DNA of 64,000 nucleotides from a virus (taxonomy: Duplodnaviria; Caudoviricetes): IMG/VR virus record IMGVR_UViG_3300015608_005401, positions 1-64,000 of that record, one strand, 5' to 3'. This document shows positions 9,612 through 20,071 of the stretch, one piece after another. A program made the translations under genes and the position numbers. The notes beneath the pieces were generated by a model. That model made no database searches. It was not told the origin of the DNA and saw only the letters and a list, made by a program, of their open reading frames with translations. Position 1 is the stretch's first letter; every line of letters starts with the position of its first letter.

Positions 9612-10581
9612 AAAATATAAAGATTACTTTGAAGATGGAACAGCCGCTGCAACTGCTACAACTGCTGGTATGGGTGCTGTAACATCAGCTCAACCAGGTT
9701 CTGTCCCAGGTATGTCAGGAACTACAGGTTCAGGTGATATTTCATTTTATTTACTTGATAAGAAAGGTAAAAAGATTAAAAAAGGAAATCCAAGTCAGGT
9801 TTCTGATATGAGATTTTTAGAACCTGCCAAAGGAATAACCAAGTTAAAGGAATCATATTGGTTAGAAGATGATGATGCTAAAATAGTTGAAGAATGCTTA
9901 CAAGAATTATATGATATGGGATTTGAAATCAACGAATATAAAGTTGATAGTAATGATGAAGAGTATGACTTAGATGATGATAATCAAGGAACATTTAAAT
10001 CTCAAGAGATAAGAATATCTTTATTTAAACAAGTTCAAAAAATCTGGAGAGGAAATCTTAGTTTAAGATATAACTTTGATAAAAATGAAGTTTATAGAAG
10101 ACACACATCAACTCTTAGACCAGATGGTAGTAAATTAGGAGAGTATGAATCCGAAATAGTTGAGGCTTCAGAAGATACTTGTCATAAATTAATTAACCAC
10201 CTAGAATACACATCAGGTATATTGACAATTTATTTTGAAGCACCCGGTCTAGGAGTAGATTGGAATAAAGAAAGAAATATTAATGTTAATATACACATAG
10301 TTCTTAATAGAAATGTTTATCCAACGAATGAGTCTTATTCAGATATTGATGAGTACATTCAAGACATTAGAACTATGTTATCTAGTTATAATATAAGACC
10401 TGTAGTTTTAAATCAGTTAATTGACCAATATGAAGATATTATTAAAAGATATTATGATGAAGGTAAATATGCTAAATTCTTTGTAGATGAAGTAGTTAAA
10501 GACTTAGAACTTGATTCTGGTGGATTCTTAGCACAGAGAATGGGTGCAAGCTCCTACAACCAAACAATTAAATATTTATAA
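9598..10581 (+). CDS. MKYLKKY-type hypothetical protein (start re-called at 9598)
   Basis: MKYLKKYKDYFE start; Gly/Thr/Ala-rich N-terminal segment. Confidence 0.7.
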   Translation: MKYLKKYKDYFEDGTAAATATTAGMGAVTSAQPGSVPGMSGTTGSGDISFYLLDKKGKKIKKGNPSQVSDMRFLEPAKGITKLKESYWLEDDDAKIVEECLQELYDMGFEINEYKVDSNDEEYDLDDDNQGTFKSQEIRISLFKQVQKIWRGNLSLRYNFDKNEVYRRHTSTLRPDGSKLGEYESEIVEASEDTCHKLINHLEYTSGILTIYFEAPGLGVDWNKERNINVNIHIVLNRNVYPTNESYSDIDEYIQDIRTMLSSYNIRPVVLNQLIDQYEDIIKRYYDEGKYAKFFVDEVVKDLELDSGGFLAQRMGASSYNQTIKYL

Positions 10582-10799
10582 TGAAACTCGACTTACATGG
10601 AATAAGACATCATGAGGTGCCAAGAAAATTAGATGTTTTCTTTTGGGAAATGATGCAAAAGAATGTAGGTCATGTAGAAGTAGTGACTGGTATAAGTTCT
10701 ACAATGAAAGATATTGTTATAGAGAGTTGTAAGGACTATGGATTTGAAGTAAGTGAGATGTATTTTAATCCAGGGAGTTTAGTAATTAATATAAATTAA
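10581..10799 (+). CDS. Small Smr-domain protein
   Basis: Starts KLDLHG; VVTG; ends NPGSLVI. Confidence 0.7.
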   Translation: MKLDLHGIRHHEVPRKLDVFFWEMMQKNVGHVEVVTGISSTMKDIVIESCKDYGFEVSEMYFNPGSLVININ

Positions 10800-10849
10800 T
10801 TTGGAAGAATAAAACTTTTGATATATATTTGTAGTATAATAATTAAAAT

Positions 10850-11032
10850 GAATTTGAGTTAGAAAGACTCTATGAAAAGTTCAAAGACTTAACACCAACT
10901 GTTATCTTCTATGAGCCTGATGTAGATGAAAGGACTTCTATTTGCCTTTATGGTACGCCAGAAATTAGAAAAAAGTTAAGAAGTTTGCCACTTCTATTAA
11001 AAAACAAAACCAAAGAAAATGAAACTATTTAA
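10850..11032 (+). pseudogene. C-terminal fragment resembling a peptidyl-tRNA hydrolase-2-like phage protein; out of frame with the ATG at 10848
   Basis: EFELERLYEKF..IFYEPDVDERTSICLYG..RKKLRSLPLLLK; no in-frame start. Confidence 0.4.
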
Positions 11033-11714
11033 TTTATTCAAAAAGAAAAAGGCCACACCAGTGGCTCCGGCTAAAAATCACTTTAATAGCGAGACTATGA
11101 CTTATACCGTTAATAACAAAGAGTATGCTATTGCTGATAGTCAATTAGTTAAAGTCCAGGCAGTTGCTGATGATGTACATCTATATGGATGGTCACTTGA
11201 GGTTAGATGGAAAGATACAAAAGGAGAGTGGTATAATTGGATGACTTATTGGAATCATCGAATATATGTTAGTAGAAGTGCCACTTTGGATGCTGCTACT
11301 AAAATATACCCAAGTTACCATAATGGATATGAATGGAGAATTGTACCTATTTATAAAATGACTGAACCAGAATATAGAGATTATAAAATTGATCAGTTAT
11401 TGCGACCAAATACAGTAAAAAGAGAACCAAAAGTATATGAAATCAAAGCCTGGAAAGTAAAAGAAGATTGTGAAATTTTTTACGAAAGAACAAATAAAAC
11501 ATTCAAATACAAAAAAGGAACTTTGTTTATTCAAATGGAAGATGGTAATATTAGACTAATTAAAGATCAAACAACACCATTAGATTATAATAGCAGACAT
11601 CAATTATTTAATGATCTAATTGAAAATAAACAGGTTGAAGAAGTAAATATTCAAAATGAAAAGTGGGCTCACCCACACTTATGTAAAGAATTAAAAACAA
11701 AAATTAAAAAATAA
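11019..11714 (+). CDS. Hypothetical protein
   Basis: 231-aa ORF; internal YRDYKIDQLL motif. Confidence 0.7.
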   Translation: MKLFNLFKKKKATPVAPAKNHFNSETMTYTVNNKEYAIADSQLVKVQAVADDVHLYGWSLEVRWKDTKGEWYNWMTYWNHRIYVSRSATLDAATKIYPSYHNGYEWRIVPIYKMTEPEYRDYKIDQLLRPNTVKREPKVYEIKAWKVKEDCEIFYERTNKTFKYKKGTLFIQMEDGNIRLIKDQTTPLDYNSRHQLFNDLIENKQVEEVNIQNEKWAHPHLCKELKTKIKK

Positions 11715-11742
11715 AACTATGTTGTAGATTACAAAACAAGAG

Positions 11743-13320
11743 TTAATTCAGAAAATGTCTGAATGCGAATCTTGTTGTATAAAGTGGAGATTGACCCCAT
11801 TGATCTTTTGGTGTTTTTGCTACAAACAATAAAGTAAATACTGTTTCACCATCGATAAATAAATTTTGACCATTTGTTCTGTCAAAACCACCCCATTCAA
11901 CAATAGAGTCCATTGGATTAACAAAACTCATCCAATTCATAGCTTTTTCGCTATTAATAACTTGTTTGAATTCTAATAATTGACTGTCAAATTTAAGACC
12001 CAATTGAAGAGCTCCTATTTTTTGATTACCTGTGAATACCTTAACTGGTAATTTAACTAAGTTACCTTCATCTACTGTAAGACTTGGAACATTAATTTCA
12101 ACTGTAGGTGCGACAAAATCATATTCAACAGATTCATCAATTAAATGATTAGGTGCATTTGTTGGATTAATAATTTCAATTGGTGTTAAACGAGCCATGT
12201 GATAACCGGTGTTGTTAGCATCACCTGGTACTAATACATAGAAATTAACTGAGTCAGGCTGACCAGGTAAAATGCTATGATAGAAGTTTGTTACACCAGA
12301 TATTGAGCTTGTCATATTTGTTGTAGGAGAGCCTGTAATTGAATTATATTCAGATTGTGTAAAGAATTTTACATCTTTAACTGAGTTAGGCCAGACTGAA
12401 AAACGACCAGCTATTCTACCAAAGACGCCATAAGCATCTGAAATAGTTATGTTATTATCACCATTGACATCAGCTGTGTAAAAATCCCAAGATGATGGTG
12501 TAATAGAACCAAGTACCCATTGATTTACTTTTTGAGCATCAGCGGTTGATATTACGTTACCAACACCCATTGTGTCACCTTTTATAGCCAATCTTACATC
12601 AAAATAAGTTGTGTCTAATATCTCATTAAACGCAAAGTGACCAGCAGTGTCAGTTGAGTAAGTATTTACTTGTGACCGAACTGAACCTGTCTTAGGCTTC
12701 TTTTCTAATGCCAAAGTTAAGTTTTTAGCACCTGACCCTGTTACATTTTTAAATGTGCCGTGATAAGCAAGATGTGGTAAATAAAATATACCACCATAGC
12801 TGTGTAAAGAAAGAGCGATATCATTACCTGGTTGCTCAGCCGCAACTTGAGAGTATGAATAAGCACCCGACCAAGATAAAGGTGATATAGATGTTAATGT
12901 TTGGAATGTTGTTGCAGTAACGTGTGTGAATGTTATCTCAAACGTCTCGCCATTAGCAAGTGAGTAGGTATTACTTGAACCCGTATAAACTAAAGTAATA
13001 GTAACATAACCATTTGCGTTATTATCTACTGATTGTAGATAAAGGTTTGTTGATGATCCAACTAGAGCAACAGAGGCAGAAGCAAAAGCATTCTTGTCAT
13101 AGAACACTCTAAATTGAACACCCGTAATTTTACTAGTAGTAGTGTTTTGAAGAGTCAGTTTTGCTTTAGTTACACCTAAAGTATTTGTACCGACTGTGTA
13201 ATTGGTATCAATGATTGCCCAGATACCAGAAGCAGGAGCTGGAGGACCGGTCTGTGAGAAGGCCGGTAAAGCCAGAGTTAAAAATAGCATTAAGCTACCT
13301 AACATTTTAAGTAATTTCAT
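11743..13320 (-). CDS. Secreted cohesin/dockerin-like Bacteroidota-type surface protein, 3'-truncated at the junction near 11763
   Basis: Signal peptide ending FSQ; two cohesin-like beta domains; EF-hand/dockerin-like ADVNGDNNITISDA; abrupt end SPLYTTRFA|FRHFLN. Confidence 0.7.
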   Translation of the reverse strand: MKLLKMLGSLMLFLTLALPAFSQTGPPAPASGIWAIIDTNYTVGTNTLGVTKAKLTLQNTTTSKITGVQFRVFYDKNAFASASVALVGSSTNLYLQSVDNNANGYVTITLVYTGSSNTYSLANGETFEITFTHVTATTFQTLTSISPLSWSGAYSYSQVAAEQPGNDIALSLHSYGGIFYLPHLAYHGTFKNVTGSGAKNLTLALEKKPKTGSVRSQVNTYSTDTAGHFAFNEILDTTYFDVRLAIKGDTMGVGNVISTADAQKVNQWVLGSITPSSWDFYTADVNGDNNITISDAYGVFGRIAGRFSVWPNSVKDVKFFTQSEYNSITGSPTTNMTSSISGVTNFYHSILPGQPDSVNFYVLVPGDANNTGYHMARLTPIEIINPTNAPNHLIDESVEYDFVAPTVEINVPSLTVDEGNLVKLPVKVFTGNQKIGALQLGLKFDSQLLEFKQVINSEKAMNWMSFVNPMDSIVEWGGFDRTNGQNLFIDGETVFTLLFVAKTPKDQWGQSPLYTTRFAFRHFLN

Positions 13321-13420
13321 AGTGGTTAAATCTTAATTTTGATTTATATATTAACTTTAAAAGTTAAAAATCTGTCAAGTAAAGAAAAAAATCCTTTATA
13401 TCTCTTTATTTACAAGGATT

Positions 13421-14320
13421 TTAAGATTCTTTATTTTTCTTTTTCTTGTTGTAAAACCAAACAATTAATGGTATGATTATCGTAGTCATTATCCATTGCC
13501 AATATTGGTTAATAAATCCTTTAATAGTAAATATAGCATTAGACTTAACACTTATAATCTCATCATAAACTGGAATATCTTTTTTAATAGTTCCTTCTTC
13601 GGATTTTACTATAACACTAACCATTATTTTTAAAAATATATCACCTCCTTTTATAGGTGTTAGTCTCCACTCCCATTCTGTAAATCCTTCTTTCTCAATA
13701 TCTTGAATTGGAGTAGATGTTGGTTGTATTAACATCTTTGAACTGTCCGAGATAAGTCTAGCACTCATCACTGGTTCAACTCTTATAGATGCTATAGTTA
13801 TTTTAGAGTCAATATTTTCATCGGCTATTGAAACACCGTTACCATTTATTAATTGTATTTTATTATTTTCCTTAGATATTCTTAGCTTAATAGTGTATGT
13901 TTTACCAACTTGCATTTTTTCTGGAACAGAATGAGCGACTAAACCTATATTTGGATTGTCATTTACTACTGAAGTTTTATCAATAACTTTAATAACTCTT
14001 TTAGGCTTGATTGGTTCCTCTTTTACTATTTCAATGCCACCTTCACTCGATGGTTTTCTATCTGTATTATCAAATTTTTCAAGAGCCAACACTTCAGGAC
14101 ATCCATTATTATTAACTGATCCCGGTACATTAGGACATTCATCATCTTTATCAATAACACCATCATCATCACTATCAGAATCAATTGACATAGTATCTAT
14201 CTTAATGTTTTCTAATTTAACAATAGAATCATTTTTAATGCCTTTATTCTCTACAACATTTTTAGTTGTACCGCAAGAAAAAATAACAAATGATATAAGT
14301 ATGTAAATAATAAACCTCAT
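13421..14320 (-). CDS. Lipoprotein with TSP3-like Ca-binding repeat and C-terminal TM helix
   Basis: Lipobox IFSC; DSDDDGVIDKDDECPNVPGSVNNNGCP; WQWIMTTIIIPLIVWF. Confidence 0.75.
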   Translation of the reverse strand: MRFIIYILISFVIFSCGTTKNVVENKGIKNDSIVKLENIKIDTMSIDSDSDDDGVIDKDDECPNVPGSVNNNGCPEVLALEKFDNTDRKPSSEGGIEIVKEEPIKPKRVIKVIDKTSVVNDNPNIGLVAHSVPEKMQVGKTYTIKLRISKENNKIQLINGNGVSIADENIDSKITIASIRVEPVMSARLISDSSKMLIQPTSTPIQDIEKEGFTEWEWRLTPIKGGDIFLKIMVSVIVKSEEGTIKKDIPVYDEIISVKSNAIFTIKGFINQYWQWIMTTIIIPLIVWFYNKKKKNKES

Positions 14321-14398
14321 AAATTAGTTCCATTGTTTTTGATAATATTTTAAACTTATTGTATATATTAAAGTAAAAACCTCATAAATTAATTTATT

Positions 14399-14806
14399 AT
14401 GAATATAGCAGTAATTGCACACGATAACAAAAAGGCAGATATGGTTGCCTTTATTATGAAAAGAATGGACTTCTTTAAACAAAAAGGAGTTGTGATATAT
14501 GCGACTGGAACTACAGGTAAGCATATTGAAAATGCTGGTCTTGATGTGGAATGCCTACTTTCAGGTCCGATGGGAGGTGATGCACAAATTGCCGCTAAAT
14601 TAGTAGTTGGTGAAATTGATGCTGTTCTCTTTTTTATAGATCCACTTTACTCACATCCACATGAAGTTGATGTTCAAATGTTAATGAGATTGTGTAATGT
14701 ACATGATATACCATTAGCTACAAATTATTCTTCAGCAAAATGTGTTGTTAGTTATTTAAAGAGACACGGTGATACAAAAGTATCTGAGTTTAATCAATCT
14801 CACTAA
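14399..14806 (+). CDS. mgsA: Methylglyoxal synthase
   Basis: IAHDNKK, ATGTTG, SGPMGGDAQI, PHEVDV, CNVHDIPLATN. Confidence 0.95.
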   Translation: MNIAVIAHDNKKADMVAFIMKRMDFFKQKGVVIYATGTTGKHIENAGLDVECLLSGPMGGDAQIAAKLVVGEIDAVLFFIDPLYSHPHEVDVQMLMRLCNVHDIPLATNYSSAKCVVSYLKRHGDTKVSEFNQSH

Positions 14807-15710
14807 GCCTTTTTATTATAGTATCTTTATTCATTCTGATATATCTCAGAACATCTGGTCTGATTTTATAACCCATATCACCAAAAACAGAAGGAGCCCA
14901 ATTTTCAGAATTAGCTTCTTTATACTCACTTTTTAGTTCTTCTAATGTAACCTTTGGTATTCTAATTACACTTTTAATATACTTACTTAGTGATATGTAT
15001 CTTGAGCTTAAAGCAAGTGAATAGATATCGTTATAGCCACCCTTTGGTGCAACAACATAACCAGCATTTATTATCTTAAACATCTCAGATTTATCTAAAA
15101 CATTGACAGCTATATTTGTCGGATTATTTATATCATCTGGATAAGCAAGAATCCATCCATCTATTTCTGGTGTTATTGCATTCCATATTTTTCTTTTTAG
15201 ACTATTGTTATCAGACTTAAAGACTCTAGTTAATCCACCCGCCTCTATAACTTCTTCATTTAGTCTAGGTCTTCCGGTTATAATACTTTTAAATCTTCCA
15301 ATTTCTGGGGCTTTATTTTTATGATCAACAAACTTGACACTATATCTTTTACCATCTATTGTTAAGTCATATTTAGAACCTCTTGTAGATAAAACACCTC
15401 CAAATAATCCAGCAATTAAACCCTCAAAGTTATGACCTCTGACATCCTTATCTTCTAATAAAGAATCAAAATAGTCACTAAATCTTATTTGATCATGTGG
15501 TTTATAAAAATTTAACTTCACATCCTGACCTAAATCAAAAAACTTTCTTTCGTTAGATGATAAAATGATTTTACTAATTACATATGCTGCTTTGTCTTTA
15601 GGGACTGGTATAGAACCATAAAGGTGAAGTAATTTACCCATCAAACTATTATATTCCTCTGATTGGTCATGAACCGATTCAAAAATTTTGTATGATTTTA
15701 TAAACTTCAT
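14790..15710 (-). CDS. Putative PD-(D/E)XK nuclease with MKFIKSYKIFES N-terminus
   Basis: FEGLIAG...KYDL...YSVK arrangement typical of restriction-like nucleases. Confidence 0.45.
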   Translation of the reverse strand: MKFIKSYKIFESVHDQSEEYNSLMGKLLHLYGSIPVPKDKAAYVISKIILSSNERKFFDLGQDVKLNFYKPHDQIRFSDYFDSLLEDKDVRGHNFEGLIAGLFGGVLSTRGSKYDLTIDGKRYSVKFVDHKNKAPEIGRFKSIITGRPRLNEEVIEAGGLTRVFKSDNNSLKRKIWNAITPEIDGWILAYPDDINNPTNIAVNVLDKSEMFKIINAGYVVAPKGGYNDIYSLALSSRYISLSKYIKSVIRIPKVTLEELKSEYKEANSENWAPSVFGDMGYKIRPDVLRYIRMNKDTIIKRLSEID

Positions 15711-15742
15711 AAACTATATATAAAATTTTAATTATAAAATAT

Positions 15743-15824
15743 ATGAGAACAACCCCCGAAAATATTTCTAAATTAGAACAAGGTTATATATTTGTTTTTG
15801 GATCCAACCTATCCGGCAGACATG
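15743..15824 (+). pseudogene. 5' fragment of an A1S_2505-like phage protein
   Basis: MRTTPENISKLEQGYIFVFGSNLSGRH, then fused to the antisense of the glycosyltransferase at CATG (15821-15824). Confidence 0.6.
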
Positions 15825-16546
15825 TTTCTAGATGTGTAAAAATCATCAGAAAAAATTAATTTTTCATCTGACTCTTCATTCCAAATAAATGAACAACCAC
15901 CATCAAATCTATGATTTTGATACTTTATTTTTTCTTTTGTTCTAGGATCATTTTCTAACCAAGAATAGTGTTTTATCCATGCTATATTTCTAGGTATGCT
16001 ATAATTTGGTTTATAATCAAATGCTTCCCCATTATTGTATATAATATGGTTATCAAAATAAAAATGGCTAATACCACTATATCTATCCGTTCTGAATATT
16101 CTAGGAGGACAGTATCCATCAGTCCATAGATTTTTAGTAATTGTATAGTTTTTGAAATTGATAGAATACCAATCATATTGAGGTGTCTCTGATATTACTT
16201 TTAATATATTTCTTATATCATCCTCTTTGTAAAACTCATCAGAGTCTAAAATCCAAATTAAATCACAGTCATTTTTCATTGTATTCAATACCGTGTTTCT
16301 ACTAGTATCCTCATCCAATAAAATTTTAGAGCCTGTCGCGACTAGGAAATCCAAGTCTTTTTTGACCAACTTAGATAGTGTTTTTTTATTATTAGGTTTA
16401 AAACCTAAGTTTAAGTAATCCTTAAACATTCCACTATTACAACCAATGAATATATCAAGCTCATTTTTTAGATTTAACCAAGGTTCTAAACACTCATCTA
16501 TGTAGCTTTCTGAATTATAAGCGGTTAGTAAAACTCCAATTTTCAT
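15809..16546 (-). CDS. GT2-like glycosyltransferase, last codons derived from the junction
   Basis: GVLLTAYN start; WILDSDEFY DXD motif. Confidence 0.8.
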   Translation of the reverse strand: MKIGVLLTAYNSESYIDECLEPWLNLKNELDIFIGCNSGMFKDYLNLGFKPNNKKTLSKLVKKDLDFLVATGSKILLDEDTSRNTVLNTMKNDCDLIWILDSDEFYKEDDIRNILKVISETPQYDWYSINFKNYTITKNLWTDGYCPPRIFRTDRYSGISHFYFDNHIIYNNGEAFDYKPNYSIPRNIAWIKHYSWLENDPRTKEKIKYQNHRFDGGCSFIWNEESDEKLIFSDDFYTSRNMSAG

Positions 16547-16554
16547 AAATTAAT

Positions 16555-18450
16555 TTAAATGTTATAATTTTTTTCTATCATTTGCATAACAGTTTCAGGT
16601 GTTATTGCCTTTGTGCAAATAAACCTTCTCATATCATCATTTCTATAAACAGGACACCAAAGCCAATCACCTGCGTTAAATGGATAAGTATCAGGTTTAT
16701 TGAAACAACCGTGACAAACAGTTTCGTCTGATATTCTTATTGTATTTTCGTTTATGTACTCGTGATCTTTAGATGTTGCATTCGAAATGATTACAGTTGG
16801 TTTTCCTACTGCTTGAGCCAACCAAGTTAAACCACTACTTAACCCTATAAAGAACTCACAATGATATAAATAGTTAATAGTGTCTTCTAATGACATACCT
16901 GTTTTTTTAACAGATTTACTTGGTGCCTCATTGAAGTTACCTTTTATACCAAAGGATGAATCTCTATCTATACAAACCGGAGTTAATCCTTTTTTTCTCA
17001 ACATTCTACAAATCTCATCCCAGCCACCTGGGTAGTTCCAGTATTTACACTGTGCTGTACTTTGAACAGCTATACAAACATATTTACTTTGTATTGGTCT
17101 TTCTTTTATAACTAAATCAACTTTTGGCTCAACACCACTAGCATCCATATTGAAATCTTTTGCAAAACCTTCAAGTAGTGGCATATCAAATTTATATTCA
17201 GTCAATATTCTCTCGTCAAATATTTTACCATTCAATAACCAAGCATTCTTCTCTGCTATATACCTATAATCGTTTGTTGAGTCTATGAAATTTATTTCAG
17301 GGTATGACTTTCTAAATAGGTTTGAGAACTTACATATAACTGATACATTTCTACCAGATGTTTTTCTGTACTTATCAATAACTGCAACCGAACCAATAGT
17401 ATCACCAAGTGCTTTACTACCAACCTCCACAAGTACATCATTACTAACCTCAACATCATTAACAACGGATTCTACAGTAGTCTCAGTCTTCGATTTTTCT
17501 GTAAATAAGTTTTTAACAGATTCAAAAACCTTATTAAATGACGGATTACATTCAAAACTTGGTTTTTTCTCTAAGCAACCCCCAATAAGTGTAACCGATT
17601 GTATGTGACCCCAATCTCTTAATGAATAACTTAAATCAGATGCACAATGTAAATTACATGTCCCACCAACATATTCATACTTATAGCTTTGAGAGCCTTT
17701 TCTATAAGGTGCTCTGTACTCAGGTTTTATAGAGCTACCAAGTTGAATAATGTGAGTATCTGTTGTTCCTGCTAAATGCAACACACCAGAGTCCATCGTT
17801 ACTACACACTTTGCATTATTCAATATGTGCCAAGTCTGGTCTAATGTTGTTTTATTAGATAAGTCTATTCCATTCCTAATATCTAACTTGAAAACTGGTT
17901 TAGTCATTGTTCCATTAACTGAATGCTCTATTGAATCTTTTCCAATGGAGACTACAGGAACATTTATCTCTTCAAGTAGAATACAAAGTGTTTGCCAGTT
18001 ATATTTACTCCAAGTTCTAGATGACCATGATTGAGCAGGGTGTATAACTACATATTCTTTTGGTAAATTAAGACCAGATAGACAACTTTCATTTTCTTTT
18101 GGAAAATAGTCACAAGACATCTCAGATGGAGTTAGCATAAAACCCAAATCCTTAGCATGAAATTGTCTTATGTCGCAAATTGCATGTTTGAATTCAATGC
18201 CTCTTGAATCTTGCTTCCCTAACAAGAAAAAAGATTTATGTAGATCATAGATTTGTGATAGTTCTTCTTCGGAATACTTATCAAATGCGATACTCTCACT
18301 AACATATGGTAGATTATCAAATAGATAAGGATGTGTTGATATTACGGTAATTTGTGATTTATAAATTTCAGCAAGTTTTTTAATTGTCGGAGTGGCTGAT
18401 ATAAGGTCTCCAATTGCTGAGGCGGATGAATAAAAAGCTTGTTTCTTCAT
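16555..18450 (-). CDS. Tandem GT9 heptosyltransferase-like protein (second half Aah/TibC-like)
   Basis: IGDLI, VVIHP, MDSGVLHLA; second LGDTI, STAQCKYWN, GLSSGLTWLA, CHGC...WCP. Confidence 0.85.
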   Translation of the reverse strand: MKKQAFYSSASAIGDLISATPTIKKLAEIYKSQITVISTHPYLFDNLPYVSESIAFDKYSEEELSQIYDLHKSFFLLGKQDSRGIEFKHAICDIRQFHAKDLGFMLTPSEMSCDYFPKENESCLSGLNLPKEYVVIHPAQSWSSRTWSKYNWQTLCILLEEINVPVVSIGKDSIEHSVNGTMTKPVFKLDIRNGIDLSNKTTLDQTWHILNNAKCVVTMDSGVLHLAGTTDTHIIQLGSSIKPEYRAPYRKGSQSYKYEYVGGTCNLHCASDLSYSLRDWGHIQSVTLIGGCLEKKPSFECNPSFNKVFESVKNLFTEKSKTETTVESVVNDVEVSNDVLVEVGSKALGDTIGSVAVIDKYRKTSGRNVSVICKFSNLFRKSYPEINFIDSTNDYRYIAEKNAWLLNGKIFDERILTEYKFDMPLLEGFAKDFNMDASGVEPKVDLVIKERPIQSKYVCIAVQSTAQCKYWNYPGGWDEICRMLRKKGLTPVCIDRDSSFGIKGNFNEAPSKSVKKTGMSLEDTINYLYHCEFFIGLSSGLTWLAQAVGKPTVIISNATSKDHEYINENTIRISDETVCHGCFNKPDTYPFNAGDWLWCPVYRNDDMRRFICTKAITPETVMQMIEKNYNI

Positions 18451-18496
18451 TAAAAATTTTATAATTTATATCTTATATGTAATTAGTGAGTAAATG

Positions 18497-19258
18497 TTAG
18501 TGAATAATTTGAAAATTATCTCTATCGTTTAGAAATGGTAACTGCTTTCTTATTTTAAGAAGTTCATTTTTATCCAACGTTGTAGTAAAAACATCCTCAC
18601 TATGAGACCTAATATAGAGTGTCTCACCTAATGCATTAATTAAAGATGTTTCACCACTATAGAAATTTCCGTTGTTATCAAATCCAATCCTATTAACTCC
18701 AATAACATAAGATTGATTCTCTACAGCTCTTGCTACTAATAAAATTTTCCAAGCTTGTTTTCTTTTAACGGGCCAGTTTGCAACGTATATTAAGATGTCA
18801 TAATCTTCAATATTTCTTGACCAAACCGGAAATCTTAAATCGTAGCATACCATTGGACATATTCTCCAACCTTTATATTCAATTATTAATTTTGAATTAC
18901 CAGGTGTATAGTTCTCATTCTCACCAGCAAATGAAAAAAGGTGTTTTTTATCATAGTAATATAGGCTACCACTCGGCTCAACCCATATAAATCTATTATA
19001 ATAATTATTATTTTCTTTTATTACTAAAGAACCACAAATTGCTGAATTAATCTTCGATGAGTTTTTTTTCATCCAATTTACAGTATATCCATCCATTTCT
19101 TCTGCCACTTTTTTAGGATCCATTGTGAATCCAGTTGAAAACATTTCAGGTAGAATAATAATATCAGATTTGATATCTTTTATTTTATTCTGATAGATTC
19201 TTAAATTTTCAGATATATTTTCCCAAACTATATCAGATTGAATTGTTGTAATGATCAT
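18497..19258 (-). CDS. Carbon-nitrogen hydrolase (omega-amidase YafV-like)
   Basis: LPEMFSTGF, YDKKHLF, VCYDLRFP (E-K-C triad). Confidence 0.9.
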   Translation of the reverse strand: MIITTIQSDIVWENISENLRIYQNKIKDIKSDIIILPEMFSTGFTMDPKKVAEEMDGYTVNWMKKNSSKINSAICGSLVIKENNNYYNRFIWVEPSGSLYYYDKKHLFSFAGENENYTPGNSKLIIEYKGWRICPMVCYDLRFPVWSRNIEDYDILIYVANWPVKRKQAWKILLVARAVENQSYVIGVNRIGFDNNGNFYSGETSLINALGETLYIRSHSEDVFTTTLDKNELLKIRKQLPFLNDRDNFQIIH

Positions 19259-19638
19259 TTATATTCTTTGTAGTCTTTTTGCTCTTTGATTTCAGAATTA
19301 GTTAGAGTGTTTATTTTATCTTTCAATCTGAATCTTTCATCATTTGTATAATAGACAGCTCTTGCTAGCTCTATAAAGTGACTACCAAAATCTTTTGTAT
19401 TTTCTATTACTCTTAATTCATCTTCTATATTCCAAAGTTTAAGATTTACATCTATTAACTCTTTGAATGTTAATAATATATCAGCATCTTGAAAATACTC
19501 AATACACATATCATATAAAAGATCGTACTCTTTTTCTATGAATTTTAATTTATCAGGATTTTTAACTTTACCTTTTTTAACTTGAAGTATTGATAACTTA
19601 TCAATAAGTTCTCCTACACTAACTGGAACTGTGACCAT
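19255..19638 (-). CDS. DUF6165-like protein
   Basis: VPVSVGELIDKLSILQVK...LWNIEDELR...RAVYYTNDER. Confidence 0.7.
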   Translation of the reverse strand: MVTVPVSVGELIDKLSILQVKKGKVKNPDKLKFIEKEYDLLYDMCIEYFQDADILLTFKELIDVNLKLWNIEDELRVIENTKDFGSHFIELARAVYYTNDERFRLKDKINTLTNSEIKEQKDYKEYK

Positions 19639-19680
19639 TATAGATTTTTTTATTATTATATCTATAATATGTGAAAATGT

Positions 19681-20004
19681 TTATATCGCAAATGACTCAC
19701 CACACCCACAAGTTCTGGATGCATTTGGATTATTAAATGTAAATCCTTTACCATTTAGACCACCTGAGTAGTCAAGTTCGGTACCAAATAAATAAAGAAA
19801 GCTTTTTTTATCACAAACAATCTTAACGCCCTTATCTTCAAATTCTTGGTCACCTTCACTTATTTTATTATCAAATGACAAATCATAGGAAAGACCTGAA
19901 CATCCACCACCTTTGACACCTACTCTGATAAATGAGTTAGATAGACCTTCTTCTTGCATTAATTTTACGGCTTGATTCTTAGCCGCCTCAGTAACTGTTA
20001 TCAT
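19681..20004 (-). CDS. iscA: A-type Fe-S cluster carrier (IscA/HesB)
   Basis: GGGCSGLSY and CGCGESF. Confidence 0.95.
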   Translation of the reverse strand: MITVTEAAKNQAVKLMQEEGLSNSFIRVGVKGGGCSGLSYDLSFDNKISEGDQEFEDKGVKIVCDKKSFLYLFGTELDYSGGLNGKGFTFNNPNASRTCGCGESFAI

Positions 20005-20071
20005 AATATGTTATAATAAAAAAACCTCAAAAAGATTTTGAGGTTTTATATTTTTAGTAATATTTTTAATA

